Source: Pseudomonas sp.
Lineage (GTDB): Bacteria > Pseudomonadota > Gammaproteobacteria > Pseudomonadales > Pseudomonadaceae
DNA length: 64,000 nt
Direction: 5' to 3'
Assembly (NCBI RefSeq): GCF_050739655.1
Contig: NZ_JBOIBY010000175.1
Location: 1,666-65,665, forward strand
The stretch's first letter is position 1. Each line of letters starts with the position of its first letter. A program made the translations under genes and the position numbers. Of the stretch, positions 18,518 through 28,645 are shown one piece after another. The notes under the pieces were generated by a model. That model did no database searches. It was not told where the DNA came from and worked only from the letters and a program-made list of their open reading frames with translations.

Positions 18518-19279
18518 TTACCAATTGAAGTAAACCAGCTCGTTCACTTCAATCCCGCCATTGCCGCCCACGGTATGCCGGAACGGCACCTCCTTCAGGC
18601 GCAACCCCGCAAACACCTCGCGAATCTTCGGATGGTCACCCACCGATATCACCATCTTGCCCCGGATCGATCGCGCCAGATCCGCCATGGCTTCGAACTG
18701 CTCAAACCCAAAATCTCCAGCGTCATACCCGGCGGTTTCCCAATACGGCGGGTCCAGGTAAAACAGCGTGTGATTCCGATCGTACCGGCGGATGCACTCC
18801 TTCCAGTCCAGATTCTCAACGGTGGTTCGCGCCAGGCGCAGATGGGCGTCGCTGAGCTTTTCTTCGATACGTAGCAAATTGAGCCTCGGCGCTGAGGTGG
18901 TCGCGGTCCCGAAAGATCGGCCCTTTGCCTTGCCGCCGAAACACAGGGTCTGCAGGTAGAAAAAGCGCGCTGCGCGCTGGATATCAGTCAGCGTGCGCGG
19001 CGCCTGCTCTTTGGCCCATTCGAACATGGTGCGGCTCACCAATGCCCATTTGAACTGGCGCACGAACTCCTCCAGGTGATTGGCCACGACCCGATAGAGG
19101 TTCACCACCTCGCCGTCAAAGTCGTTGATCACTTCTACGCGGCTGGGCTCCTTCATAAAGAACAATGCCGCGCCGCCGCAGAACGGTTCGACGTAGCAAT
19201 CATGGTCTGGAAACTCCGGCAGGATGTTTTTCGCCATGCGGCGCTTGCCGCCCATCCAAGGGAAAATCGGTGCAGACAT
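18518..19279 (-). CDS. Phage DNA adenine methyltransferase (Dam/D12 class), orphan
   Basis: PWMGGK, YVEPFCGG, INDFD, catalytic DPPY. Confidence 0.92.
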   Translation of the reverse strand: MSAPIFPWMGGKRRMAKNILPEFPDHDCYVEPFCGGAALFFMKEPSRVEVINDFDGEVVNLYRVVANHLEEFVRQFKWALVSRTMFEWAKEQAPRTLTDIQRAARFFYLQTLCFGGKAKGRSFGTATTSAPRLNLLRIEEKLSDAHLRLARTTVENLDWKECIRRYDRNHTLFYLDPPYWETAGYDAGDFGFEQFEAMADLARSIRGKMVISVGDHPKIREVFAGLRLKEVPFRHTVGGNGGIEVNELVYFNW

Positions 19280-19340
19280 CGGTGATCCTTACTTCGGATT
19301 GATAAAGGCGGCAGTTCCAATGAACAGCCGCACGGGCTGA

Positions 19341-20396
19341 TCATTTGTCGGAAACAGGTTCCAGCGGCCTCCAGCGAATCACCTCTTCGCCCAACCATTC
19401 ATTGACCTGCTGCAGACGTGCCTGGATGGGCTCGAGCTCATTCATCGCCCAGATCTGCGCGGCTTCTTTGATCGAGCCAAAGCCGCCTGCGTTTTGCGGC
19501 ACGATGCCCATCAACTGAGGTGGGATGCGTAACGCCGCGAGCATGTCGTCGCGGCTGATGTTCTTGATCGAGCTGAATTCATCCTTCGCGGCCACCTCAC
19601 TGACGGGGATCAGCTGAATTCCGTCCTTTTTCCCGCCCGGGGCGTACATGAACAAGTTCCGGAAATTGCCTGGCCCTTTGGCGGACTTGAGCGCGCTGCG
19701 CAATGCACCCACGTCTGTCTCGTTCTGGGCCGTGTCAGTCATGTACATGATGAAACCGGCGTGACTGCCGTTGTTGTAGTACTTGCGTCGGAACAAGGTG
19801 GCGGACTCGTTGAGCAGTGCGCTCTGCAGGGCCGGCAACCATTCCGGCAGGCCGTAGATCTCCTGGTTAATGTCCGCCTCACGCTGGTGATAAACCGTCC
19901 CGCGCTTGAACTCGTACTCGTCGCGCCAGCCGCGCACCTGGTAATAGGTTTCAAGGTCCTCGCCACGTCGCATGTATTTGCCCAGGGCGGGCTGCAGGCC
20001 GAGCGTGCCGCGCAGCATGTTTTCGCGTTTTTCCAGGTAGCCGTTGCCGCACCAGAGGAAGTCCAGGGCGAATTGCTCGAAGGTCTGCCGAGACAGCAAT
20101 TTGTGGGGGATGAAGGTGCGGGCCAGCATGTTGCGCTTGAAATTCAAACCCGATTGCAGAAACACGCTGGCCCGGGAGGACTTGGCCAGCCCATCGAGGG
20201 ACATCGGCGGTTCATACCAGCGCCCGTTCAGCCAGCACTCCAGGTAATCCAGAATCCCCCGCTCATCGAGCACCGGCGTGGGGTCTCCGAAGGTGAAGGC
20301 CTCCATCTTGCCGCCGGTTGCCGGCAGCACCTGTCCCTGGGCCGCAGCCGGGGCTGAAGTGGACAATTGCGTGGTGTCGCTGCCGCTGTTGCTCAT
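19341..20396 (-). CDS. Portal protein (P2 gpQ)
   Basis: FTFGDP, QEIYGLPEW, RRKYYNNGSHAG, RIPPQLMG. Confidence 0.93.
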   Translation of the reverse strand: MSNSGSDTTQLSTSAPAAAQGQVLPATGGKMEAFTFGDPTPVLDERGILDYLECWLNGRWYEPPMSLDGLAKSSRASVFLQSGLNFKRNMLARTFIPHKLLSRQTFEQFALDFLWCGNGYLEKRENMLRGTLGLQPALGKYMRRGEDLETYYQVRGWRDEYEFKRGTVYHQREADINQEIYGLPEWLPALQSALLNESATLFRRKYYNNGSHAGFIMYMTDTAQNETDVGALRSALKSAKGPGNFRNLFMYAPGGKKDGIQLIPVSEVAAKDEFSSIKNISRDDMLAALRIPPQLMGIVPQNAGGFGSIKEAAQIWAMNELEPIQARLQQVNEWLGEEVIRWRPLEPVSDK

Positions 20397-22156
20397 CAGT
20401 AAATCTCCATGAAGCTGGTATTCGTTGAGGTTTGGCCCTCAAGCGGTTCGTTCTGCAATGCGTGGAAAAGTGCCCAGGCCAGATCCGCGTGCCCCGTCTC
20501 GTCTGTACGGCCGGCCGTATAAGTGAACTGCCGGCCGCTGGCGGTGATGGTCTTGCGGATCGCCATCAGCGACTGGGCCATGTCGATCCAGCCGGCGTCG
20601 AACTCCAGGCGTCCTTTGTGAATCACGTCGTAGGCCTTGAGCACCAGGCGCGTCTTGACCTCGGGGGAATAGCTGAAGGTCGTCACGTTGGGAAAAAACT
20701 GGCGCACCAGCTGGGCCACGCCAGAGCCCATGCCAGTGATGTCGATGCCGATGTACGTCACCCAGTAACGCATCGTGACCAGGCGGATCGCCTCGGCCTG
20801 TGCGGCGAAGTCCATACCGCGGAACTGGTGGCGCTCGAGCACGCGGAACTTGCCGCCAGGGACGGTCGGCGGGGCAACGACCACCAGACCGGAGCTGTCA
20901 CCGGTTTCCGCAGGGTCGTAGCCAATCCAAACCTGCCGATCGGCAAACGGCCGTGCGGCGAAGGGTTTGTAGTCCTCGGACCACTCCACCCAGCTGTCGA
21001 CCATGCAGGGCTGTAGGACGTTGAGCGGGAAGATGCTCGCCCCGTCGTCGACGAACTGGCACATCAACAGGTTCGCGAAGGCGTCCGCGTTGTACTCGAG
21101 GCGCAGCTCTTCCAGGTCGAACAGGTCGCAACCGCGCTGCTCGGCATCCAGGATGGTGACGATCTGGCGCCAGATTCGGTCCTCGCAAAGTCGGCCCTGC
21201 TGCAGCGCGTCGTGCGACACGTCGAGTTTCAGCCGCTGGGCCACCGGCTTGCCCTTGTTGAAGCGTTCGCCGGTCCAGAACGTGTAGGCCTCGTGCGCCA
21301 TGCTCGATGGCGTGGAAAAATAGGTGCGTCGGTATTGCTTCTGCATCGCCATGCCGCTGGCGACCTTGTTCAACTCATTGAACTTGAACGTCCAGAAGAA
21401 TTCGTCGAAGTAGAAATTACCGTGGTAACCCTGAGCGGTTCGGGCGTTGGTACCGAGGAAGTGCAGTTCGGCGCCGTTGGCCAGGATGATTGGGTCGCCG
21501 GTGAGCTCGACGCCGCAAACCTCGCGGGCGAAGCCTTGAATGTAGGCCTTGAAGATGTGCGCCTGGTTCTTCGACGCGGATAGGAATATCTGGTTGCGGC
21601 CGGTGACCAGGGCATCAATAAACGCCTCCCGGGCAAAGTAGTAAGTGGCACCGATCTGCCGGCTTTTGAGGATTGCCCTGGTGCGCTGATTGCTCGCCCG
21701 GTACCAGTCCATCTGATAACCAAAACAGCCGTCTTTGAATGCCTCGGTGAGCAGCTCGATTTGGTCTTCGCTAAATTCGTTGCGCGCCGCTTTCTTCTTC
21801 GGACCTTCGTTGCGTTTGGCCAAGTTGGGGTTTAGGTCGGTGTCGGTACCGCCGGACTTGTACCGCTCAATCCGCGCCTGGCGCTCCAGCTGACGGTGCA
21901 GCAGGTCAATTTCCTTGAAGTCGCCGCCGGTCTTGCCTTCCTTGAGGATCAGCTGCACCAGGCGGGCTTCCAGCGCACCGCCAATCCGCTCGACGTTATC
22001 GGCCCGATCCCATTCATCACGCGTCTTCCACGCATGAACGGTCTTTTCCTTTTCATCCAGCATTTCTGCGATCGCGCAGATCCGCAGTCCGGTCCAGTAA
22101 AGGAACTTGGCCTGACGGCGGTTATCGCGGATGGGAGTGGCGTCGGTTGTAGTCAT
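20396..22156 (-). CDS. Terminase ATPase subunit (P2 gpP)
   Basis: LKSRQIGAT, FYFDEFFW, GYDP, GHADLAWA. Confidence 0.95.
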   Translation of the reverse strand: MTTTDATPIRDNRRQAKFLYWTGLRICAIAEMLDEKEKTVHAWKTRDEWDRADNVERIGGALEARLVQLILKEGKTGGDFKEIDLLHRQLERQARIERYKSGGTDTDLNPNLAKRNEGPKKKAARNEFSEDQIELLTEAFKDGCFGYQMDWYRASNQRTRAILKSRQIGATYYFAREAFIDALVTGRNQIFLSASKNQAHIFKAYIQGFAREVCGVELTGDPIILANGAELHFLGTNARTAQGYHGNFYFDEFFWTFKFNELNKVASGMAMQKQYRRTYFSTPSSMAHEAYTFWTGERFNKGKPVAQRLKLDVSHDALQQGRLCEDRIWRQIVTILDAEQRGCDLFDLEELRLEYNADAFANLLMCQFVDDGASIFPLNVLQPCMVDSWVEWSEDYKPFAARPFADRQVWIGYDPAETGDSSGLVVVAPPTVPGGKFRVLERHQFRGMDFAAQAEAIRLVTMRYWVTYIGIDITGMGSGVAQLVRQFFPNVTTFSYSPEVKTRLVLKAYDVIHKGRLEFDAGWIDMAQSLMAIRKTITASGRQFTYTAGRTDETGHADLAWALFHALQNEPLEGQTSTNTSFMEIY

Positions 22157-22204
22157 GGCGGCGATGCTGACGCCTCGCGCGCGTGAAGGCGTAGCGATGT
22201 GCCA

Positions 22205-22223
22205 TGTAGCGCATGGGCCTACA
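22205..22223. promoter_or_regulatory. Putative Ogr-dependent late promoter site between divergent P and O
   Basis: TGTAG-N9-CTACA; the same TGT-N13-ACA occurs upstream of V and FI. Confidence 0.65.
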
Positions 22224-22311
22224 ACTGGCGTTGATTGCTCGCGATCGCGCGACTGCCGAGGATGTACCTCAACGCAACTGCACCCAGCAGCACCGCTTGA
22301 GGATCTGTTCC

Positions 22312-23154
22312 ATGAAGAAAAAGTTTCGCTCCAAATGGTTCCGCGTCGCCGTCGAAGGTGCGACCACTGATGGTCGTCAGATCGAGCGCCAATGGCTGGT
22401 CGATGCTGCCGAAACCTACAACCCGAACACCTACGCCGCTCGCGTCTGGGTGGAGCATTACCGCAGCGTCCTGCCCGACAGCCCGTTCCGTGCCTACGGC
22501 GATGTGCTGGCGGCGAAGACTGAAGAAGTCGACGTCAACGGCGTGAAGAAGCTGGCCCTGTTCGTTCAGATCGAGCCGACCGACGACCTGATCGCCATGA
22601 ACAAGGCGCGCCAAAAGCTCTACACCAGCATCGAGATCTCGCCGAAGTTTGCCGACACCGGTCGCGCTTACCTGGACGGGTTAGCTGTCACCGATTCGCC
22701 GGCGAGCCTCGGTACCGAGATGCTGACCTTCAGCGCGCAGAACCCAGACGCCTCGCCGCTTAAAGCTCGCAAGAGCAAACCGGACAACCTGTTCTCGGAG
22801 CTGGTCGAAGCGCAGCTGGAGTTCGACGAAGTCGTCGAGACCCCGAGCGTGATCGATGGCCTGTTCTCCCGGGTTTCCGATCTGCTCGGCCGGAGCAAGG
22901 CCAAAGCGAACAAGGACGACGCTCAATTTAGCGAGCTGAACGACGCCGTGGAGGCGCTGGCCGGTCACGCCGCTGACCAGGCCAAAGTTGTCGCGTCGGC
23001 CGATGAAGCGCTGAAAGCCCTCACCGGAAAACAGGAAAAGCTCATCACCGATTTTGCGGACCTGATCAAGCGCCTGGGTGACACCCAGGATCACAGCCAA
23101 TCGACCCGCCCACCAATGCCTGGCGGCGACGGCGCGGTGCTGACCGCCTACTGA
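22312..23154 (+). CDS. Capsid scaffolding protein (P2 gpO)
   Basis: FRVAVEGATTDGR, YLDGLAVTDSPASLGTE. Confidence 0.93.
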   Translation: MKKKFRSKWFRVAVEGATTDGRQIERQWLVDAAETYNPNTYAARVWVEHYRSVLPDSPFRAYGDVLAAKTEEVDVNGVKKLALFVQIEPTDDLIAMNKARQKLYTSIEISPKFADTGRAYLDGLAVTDSPASLGTEMLTFSAQNPDASPLKARKSKPDNLFSELVEAQLEFDEVVETPSVIDGLFSRVSDLLGRSKAKANKDDAQFSELNDAVEALAGHAADQAKVVASADEALKALTGKQEKLITDFADLIKRLGDTQDHSQSTRPPMPGGDGAVLTAY

Positions 23155-23190
23155 TCACGTCGGCCCTAACAAGCTCTCCAGGAGAACACT

Positions 23191-24195
23191 ATGCGTAACG
23201 AAACACGGCTTGCCTTCAACGGCTTCACCAAACAGATCGCCGCGATCAACTCCGTCGGATCCGTGGCGGAAAAATTCACCGTCACCCCTTCCGTCCAGCA
23301 GAAGCTGGAAACGGCGATCCAAGAATCCAGCGGGTTCCTGAAAAAAATCAACGTGCTGGGCGTCGACGAAAAAGACGGCGAGGCAGTTGTTCTGGGCGTT
23401 GGCTCGACGATCGCTGGTCGTACTGACACCAATCAGACCGCCCGCAATCCTCGCGGCGTGAGCTCGTTGAAAAACGACACGTACGCCTGCAAAAAGACCG
23501 ACTTCGACACCGCGATCCCTTACGCGCTGTTGGATGCCTGGGCGAAATTCCCGGACTTCCAGGCTCGCCTGTCCGGTGCGATCGTCGAGCGCCAAGCTCT
23601 TGACCGCATCATGATCGGGTTCAATGGCACCAGCGCTGCGCCGACGACTGATCGCGCAACCAACCAGTTGCTGCAAGACGTGAACGTGGGCTGGCTGGAG
23701 AAATACCGCACCAAAGCGCCGGAACGTGTGCTCAGCAGCGGCAAGGTTGCCGGCAAGGTCACCATCGGCCCGACCGGCGATTACAAGACCCTCGACGGTC
23801 TGGTCTACGACGCCATCCAGCTGCTGGACCCATGGCACCGTAAGCGTCCGGATCTGGTGGTCCTGGTCGATCGCAACCTGCTGCACTCGAAGTTCCTGGC
23901 CAACATCGAAGGCGCGGCAGACAACGAAAACGAGCTGGCAGCTGCGCGGATCCTCGCCAATGGCACGCTGGGCGGCCTGCCGATTGAAGACGCTCCGTTC
24001 TTCATCGACGGCGGCATCATGATCACCACGCTGAAAAACCTGTCGATCTACTTCCAGATCAGCAGCCGCCGGCGCATGACCAAGGACGAGCCGGAGCGCG
24101 ATCGCATCGCCGACTACCAGTCGTCCAACGAGGACTACGTGATCGAGGATTTCGGTCTCGGTGCTCTGGTCGAAAACATCGAAGAGGCCGCGTAA
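23191..24195 (+). CDS. Major capsid protein (P2 gpN)
   Basis: LDAWAKF, ALDRIMIGFNG, LLQDVNVGWL. Confidence 0.95.
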   Translation: MRNETRLAFNGFTKQIAAINSVGSVAEKFTVTPSVQQKLETAIQESSGFLKKINVLGVDEKDGEAVVLGVGSTIAGRTDTNQTARNPRGVSSLKNDTYACKKTDFDTAIPYALLDAWAKFPDFQARLSGAIVERQALDRIMIGFNGTSAAPTTDRATNQLLQDVNVGWLEKYRTKAPERVLSSGKVAGKVTIGPTGDYKTLDGLVYDAIQLLDPWHRKRPDLVVLVDRNLLHSKFLANIEGAADNENELAAARILANGTLGGLPIEDAPFFIDGGIMITTLKNLSIYFQISSRRRMTKDEPERDRIADYQSSNEDYVIEDFGLGALVENIEEAA

Positions 24196-24197
24196 CC

Positions 24198-24902
24198 ATG
24201 GGCCTCTCTCTCGCTCAGCGTCACCGGGTGCAAGCGCTTGCCTCGCAGGAGGCCGCAGCCGCTTCGCCCGCCGTTTCGATGGCGGGTGGGACGGCCTACG
24301 AAATGCAGCTGGCCCAGCTACTGCAGGACCGTCTGCGGCTCAAGCAAATCCAGTCGAACGAAGGTAAAGCCGCGCTGAAGTTGCAGCTTCTCCCGGCCTA
24401 CGTGCCTTACGTCGATGGGGTTCTCGCTGCGGGCAATGGTGCCCAGGACGAAGTACTTACCACCATCATGATCTGGCGCGTCGACGCCAGCGATTACACC
24501 GGCGCGCTCGATATCGCAGCCTATGTGTTGCAGCACAACCTGCTGATGCCCGATCGCTTCGAACGAACCACCGGCTGTCTGGTGGCCGAGGAAATTGCCG
24601 AAGGCGCTCTGATCTCCCAGAAAGCCAGCGGTGGATTCGACCTCGCCATTTTGCACCGGACGATGGAGCTGACCGCTGAGCAGGACATGCCGGACGAAGT
24701 CAGGGCCAAGCTGTACCTGGCCACAGGACGCGCCACCGTGGCAGGTCTGACGGTCGATAACCCTGGCCAACCCGGTCAGGTAATCGCCGGTATCGAACTG
24801 CTCAAACGCGCCATCGAGCTCAACGGCAGCTGCGGCGGCAAAAAGGATTTGGAAGGCGCTGAGCGCCTGCTGAAAAAGATTGCTCCCCCACCGGGGAGCT
24901 GA
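24198..24902 (+). CDS. Terminase small/endonuclease subunit (P2 gpM)
   Basis: QDMPDEVRAKL, GGKKD; position after N. Confidence 0.9.
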   Translation: MGLSLAQRHRVQALASQEAAAASPAVSMAGGTAYEMQLAQLLQDRLRLKQIQSNEGKAALKLQLLPAYVPYVDGVLAAGNGAQDEVLTTIMIWRVDASDYTGALDIAAYVLQHNLLMPDRFERTTGCLVAEEIAEGALISQKASGGFDLAILHRTMELTAEQDMPDEVRAKLYLATGRATVAGLTVDNPGQPGQVIAGIELLKRAIELNGSCGGKKDLEGAERLLKKIAPPPGS

Positions 24903-25001
24903 CAGAGCGTACCCCGCAACCCCGGCGGCCCGGTGCTGAACAGCAGGTTCTCTCCTTTCCTCGCTGTGACGCCCCGGCCACCGCCGACTTAGGGCTGAAC
25001 C

Positions 25002-25466
25002 ATGAGCGGATTTATTGCCACCGGCCGCAACGACGAGCCGTTCGTTATCACCAACGACGGGTTCTGGCCTGACATCGATGTCGTCCACCTGCGCTCGGCC
25101 ATCCGCTTGGATGGCAGCATCACTGACGCACGGATTGAAGTCGTGACCGTCAACGCGTTGATCCAGGTGAACGGCGAACTGGCGAAGGTCAAGGCGAGCC
25201 ATGTGGCCAACGGATACACCACCATCGCGACCGTGCCGGGGTTCGAGGTCAATGGCGAGAGCCACTTCGTCCACCTGTATCGGCGCTCCATTTACTGCAG
25301 TGTCGGCGCTGAGCTTGCTGAGCGTTATCGCAGCTACGACAGCAGCGCCGAAGGCAACAAAAATGCCGATGAACTGACTCCTTCGGTCGATGAGTACCGC
25401 CGTGACGCCCGCTTCGCCATCCGCGATCTGTTGGGCGTCGGTCATTCCACCGTGGAGCTCATCTGA
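25002..25466 (+). CDS. Head completion protein (P2 gpL)
   Basis: FWPDID, ERYRSYD, C-terminal TVELI. Confidence 0.9.
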   Translation: MSGFIATGRNDEPFVITNDGFWPDIDVVHLRSAIRLDGSITDARIEVVTVNALIQVNGELAKVKASHVANGYTTIATVPGFEVNGESHFVHLYRRSIYCSVGAELAERYRSYDSSAEGNKNADELTPSVDEYRRDARFAIRDLLGVGHSTVELI

Positions 25467-25678
25467 TGGCGACCTCCGTGTATGCCGACCAGGGCGACAC
25501 CGTCGACGCCATTTGTTGGCGGGTCTACGGGCGCACCGCCGGCATCACAGAGGCTGTGCTCGAGGCAAACCCAGGACTATCGGATTTCGGCACGATCATC
25601 CCGCACGGCACGTTGGTGGCGCTGCCGGATATCGCACCGCAAGCCCCGGAGCTGCAAATGGTGAACCTATGGGATTGA
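25466..25678 (+). CDS. Tail protein X (LysM-like)
   Basis: QGDTVDAICWRVYG, VLEANPGL, C-terminal LWD. Confidence 0.92.
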   Translation: MATSVYADQGDTVDAICWRVYGRTAGITEAVLEANPGLSDFGTIIPHGTLVALPDIAPQAPELQMVNLWD

Positions 25679-25740
25679 TCCACCGCACCACCGACATAGA
25701 CGTTCCATCACCTTCAACCCTGGACAGCGGAATCACGCGC

Positions 25741-26055
25741 ATGCCTGACAAACCGGATACATGGGCCTGGTTAGCTGCCTGGCTCGAACTTAACTGGCCA
25801 GCCATCTACTCAGGCGGACTCGCCTGCGTGATCGCTGCTCTACGGATCATCTACGGCGGCGGCACGTTGCGCCGAGTTCTGCTTGAAGCACCGCTGTGCG
25901 GCACACTCGCACTTTCGGCAAGCCACGGGCTTTTTCTGCTCGGCATCCCCCCGACAACCGGCCCGTTTTTCGGTGGTGTGATCGGACTGCTCGGCGTTGA
26001 GGGAACCCGCGCACTGGCCAAGCAATTCTTTGACCGCAAGGTGAATCAGCTATGA
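25741..26055 (+). CDS. Holin (lambda-family-like)
   Basis: MPDKPDTWAW, TM segments, GGVIGLLGVE; overlaps the endolysin start. Confidence 0.85.
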   Translation: MPDKPDTWAWLAAWLELNWPAIYSGGLACVIAALRIIYGGGTLRRVLLEAPLCGTLALSASHGLFLLGIPPTTGPFFGGVIGLLGVEGTRALAKQFFDRKVNQL

Positions 26056-26891
26056 GTGCTTTGCGCCACGGCGATCGCGGGCAAGAGGTCCGCACACTGC
26101 AGCAGCGACTGAACCTGCACGGCGCCGGCTTGGATCCGGATGGCGACTTCGGTGATGCCACTGAGGCGGCGGTGCGTAATTACCAGCGAAAGGTCGGATT
26201 GGTAATCGACGGTATTGCGGGATCGAAAACCGCTCTGGCGCTCGCCGGCGCGGATTGTTCGAACCTGCTCCAGCACACCGAGCTGGTGAAAGCTGCAGCG
26301 CGCCTAGGCGTCGAGCTCGCTTCGGTCATGGCCGTCAACGAGGTCGAAAGCCAGGGCAGCGGTTACCTGGACAACGGCAAGCCGAAGATTCTTTTCGAGC
26401 GTCACATCATGTATCGCCAGCTCGGCACGCCACGCACACCTGGTGATGATGCAGCAGATTTGAAGGCCCACGTCGATCAGCTGGCTGCCGTACAGCCCAA
26501 CCTGGTCAATTCAAAGCCTGGTGGTTACGCCGGCGGCACGGCAGAGCACCAGCGCCTGGCTAACGCCCGGTTGATCGATGACCTTTGCGCGCTGGAGTCG
26601 GCCAGTTGGGGCGCGTTCCAGGTGATGGGTTATCACGCTGAACGCCTCGGCTACGCCAGCGTGACGGACTTCACCGATCGGATGGCGCGCAACGAGAACG
26701 AACAATTCGAAGCGTTCGTGCGCTTTATCGAAGCTGACCCGGCGTTGCTCAAAGCGCTGAAGGGCAAGAAATGGGCAGCGTTTGCCAGGGCCTACAACGG
26801 CCCCAACTTCGCCCGCAACCTCTACGACACCAAGTTGGAGCGCGCCTACCAGCGTCACGCTGCAGGCTGCCCTATTCCGGAGGCCGCATGA
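26052..26891 (+). CDS. Modular endolysin: peptidoglycan-binding domain + N-acetylmuramidase (DUF3380-like)
   Basis: DGDFG..TEAAV..YQ...GL.IDGIAG; VES, ILFERH, SASWGAFQVMG, YNG. Confidence 0.9.
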   Translation: MSALRHGDRGQEVRTLQQRLNLHGAGLDPDGDFGDATEAAVRNYQRKVGLVIDGIAGSKTALALAGADCSNLLQHTELVKAAARLGVELASVMAVNEVESQGSGYLDNGKPKILFERHIMYRQLGTPRTPGDDAADLKAHVDQLAAVQPNLVNSKPGGYAGGTAEHQRLANARLIDDLCALESASWGAFQVMGYHAERLGYASVTDFTDRMARNENEQFEAFVRFIEADPALLKALKGKKWAAFARAYNGPNFARNLYDTKLERAYQRHAAGCPIPEAA

Positions 26892-27094
26892 TTGACCACG
26901 AACAGATCCGCAAGCTCAGCCCCGTCGATGGCGACGTCTTTCTCCTGCCGGCGGGCTCTCCCTTTGAACTGGCCCGGGCACTCGGTGAAGCGATCGCTGT
27001 CGCGAAACCAGGCGTAAAGGCTGTGGTCGTCTGCGGCGACGTGCGCAAGCTCGATACGGCCGCGATGAACGCCGCCGGCTGGTACCGCGCGTGA
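26888..27094 (+). CDS. Hypothetical lysis-cassette protein
   Basis: 68 aa MIDHEQIRKL, coupled on both sides by 4-bp overlaps. Confidence 0.65.
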   Translation: MIDHEQIRKLSPVDGDVFLLPAGSPFELARALGEAIAVAKPGVKAVVVCGDVRKLDTAAMNAAGWYRA

Positions 27095-27522
27095 GCACGC
27101 TGCGCCAGGCGATTTATGGCGTCGCGTTGCTCGCCGCGATCGCACTGCTTATCTGGGGGCAGTCTCAGCGGATCGAGGTCGCAGAGCAAATAACTGGTCG
27201 GGCACAAGATGCCGCTGGTACCGCGCTTGCTCGAGCGACGCGCAGCGAGGAAACGGCCGCTCGGCTCCAGTTGTCCCTGCAGGAAGAACGCACCGCTCAA
27301 ACCGTATTGCGCGGCCTGCAAGACCAGCTGCGCCAAGGGCTCGCCGCCCGTCAACGAACGATCGAGGAACTGAAACGTGAGAATGCCGAACTTCGCCTTT
27401 GGGCTGATCAGTCTCTCCCTGATGCAGCTCGCAGGATGCGGGAGCGCCCCGCCATCACCGGAGCCGCTGCATATCGCGACTGGTTGTCCGGCCGTCGTGC
27501 CATGCACCCTGTCAGCAACTAA
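27091..27522 (+). CDS. lysB: i-spanin (LysB/Rz-like)
   Basis: N-terminal TM, coiled coil, WADQSLP motif. Confidence 0.85.
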   Translation: MSTLRQAIYGVALLAAIALLIWGQSQRIEVAEQITGRAQDAAGTALARATRSEETAARLQLSLQEERTAQTVLRGLQDQLRQGLAARQRTIEELKRENAELRLWADQSLPDAARRMRERPAITGAAAYRDWLSGRRAMHPVSN

Positions 27523-27643
27523 CCCGGACAAGAACGGCGCCCTGCTCACCGACCAGGAGGCGACTGAGGGCGACTGGGCCCAATGCGCTGCGCAGGTCGA
27601 TATGGTTTATCAGCATCAGCAGGCACAGGCCGGCAAACAATGA
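27377..27643 (+). CDS. lysC: o-spanin lipoprotein (LysC/Rz1-like), overlapping lysB
   Basis: Lipobox LAGC, Pro-rich, CPAVVPC, WAQCAAQVD. Confidence 0.85.
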   Translation: MRMPNFAFGLISLSLMQLAGCGSAPPSPEPLHIATGCPAVVPCTLSATNPDKNGALLTDQEATEGDWAQCAAQVDMVYQHQQAQAGKQ

Positions 27644-28122
27644 ACAAACCTGAATCGCTTCGCGCTCACCTGCTCGCCTCGGTACCGGAGTTAAAGAAAA
27701 ACCCGGACCGTCTGATGGTGTTCATCGACAACGGCACCATGCGCAGCACTGCGGCCTTTGGGCTGTCATTCGAATACAGCTACACGCTGAATCTGATCTT
27801 CACGGACTACGCCGGCCACCCTGACGCGATCGCCATTCCCCTCTTCGCGTGGATCCTGGTGAACCAGCGGGAGTTGATGGAGAACGTCGACCGCAGCAAA
27901 ACAGCCGTCGCCTTCGAGGCGGATGTCCTGGACAACAGCAAAGTCGACCTGTCGATCAAGTTGCCGCTAACCGAGCGAGTCATCGTCAAGCGCCAGGACA
28001 ACGGCAACCTGGTCGTCAGTCATCCGCCGGAGCCAGTGGTCGACGATGACCCGTTCACCATGCCTGGGCTTGAGCTTTGGACTGCTGACGGCGAGTTCAT
28101 CACGCGGTGGGAACAACCGTGA
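27640..28122 (+). CDS. Tail completion protein (P2 gpR)
   Basis: MNKPESLRAHL, LSFEYSYTL, LPLTERVIV. Confidence 0.9.
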   Translation: MNKPESLRAHLLASVPELKKNPDRLMVFIDNGTMRSTAAFGLSFEYSYTLNLIFTDYAGHPDAIAIPLFAWILVNQRELMENVDRSKTAVAFEADVLDNSKVDLSIKLPLTERVIVKRQDNGNLVVSHPPEPVVDDDPFTMPGLELWTADGEFITRWEQP

Positions 28123-28571
28123 GCAATGACCTACAGGCGCTGGAAGAATGGGTCTCTATGTTGCTGGCCAAACTCGAAGAGGGTGAACGCCGCAAACTGC
28201 TCGGCGCCGTCGCCCGGGATCTACGTCGTAGCCAGTCAAAGCGCATCACGACGCAGCGCAACCCTGATGGCTCGGCATTCGCCCCCCGCAAGCCCAAGGA
28301 TCTGCGGGGAAAAAAGGACCGGATCAAGAACAAGATGTTCGGCAAGTTGAAAACAGCCCGTTACCTGCGCACCGAAGCCACAGCCAACGGCATATCAGTC
28401 GGATATGTCGGGCGTGTGAGCCGCATCGCCCGGGTTCACCAGTACGGTCTCAAGGACCGACCGGAACGCGGCCAGGCGGATGTGCAATATGAAAGCCGCC
28501 AGTTGCTGGGATTCAGCGGCGACGAGCTGGAAAACATCCGCAATCTATTCATTGATCACCTGGCCGGCTGA
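28119..28571 (+). CDS. Virion morphogenesis protein (P2 gpS)
   Basis: QRNPDGS, ARVHQYG, RQLLG. Confidence 0.9.
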   Translation: MSNDLQALEEWVSMLLAKLEEGERRKLLGAVARDLRRSQSKRITTQRNPDGSAFAPRKPKDLRGKKDRIKNKMFGKLKTARYLRTEATANGISVGYVGRVSRIARVHQYGLKDRPERGQADVQYESRQLLGFSGDELENIRNLFIDHLAG

Positions 28572-28579
28572 CCTTCACC

Positions 28580-28598
28580 TGTACGCATCCGCGCTACA
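28580..28598 (+). promoter_or_regulatory. Putative late promoter site upstream of V
   Basis: TGTA-N11-TACA (TGT-N13-ACA). Confidence 0.6.
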
Positions 28599-28645
28599 GC
28601 CCTCAGCCGATGCAGCTCGCACGCGCGACCTGCAACATCGGCGGC

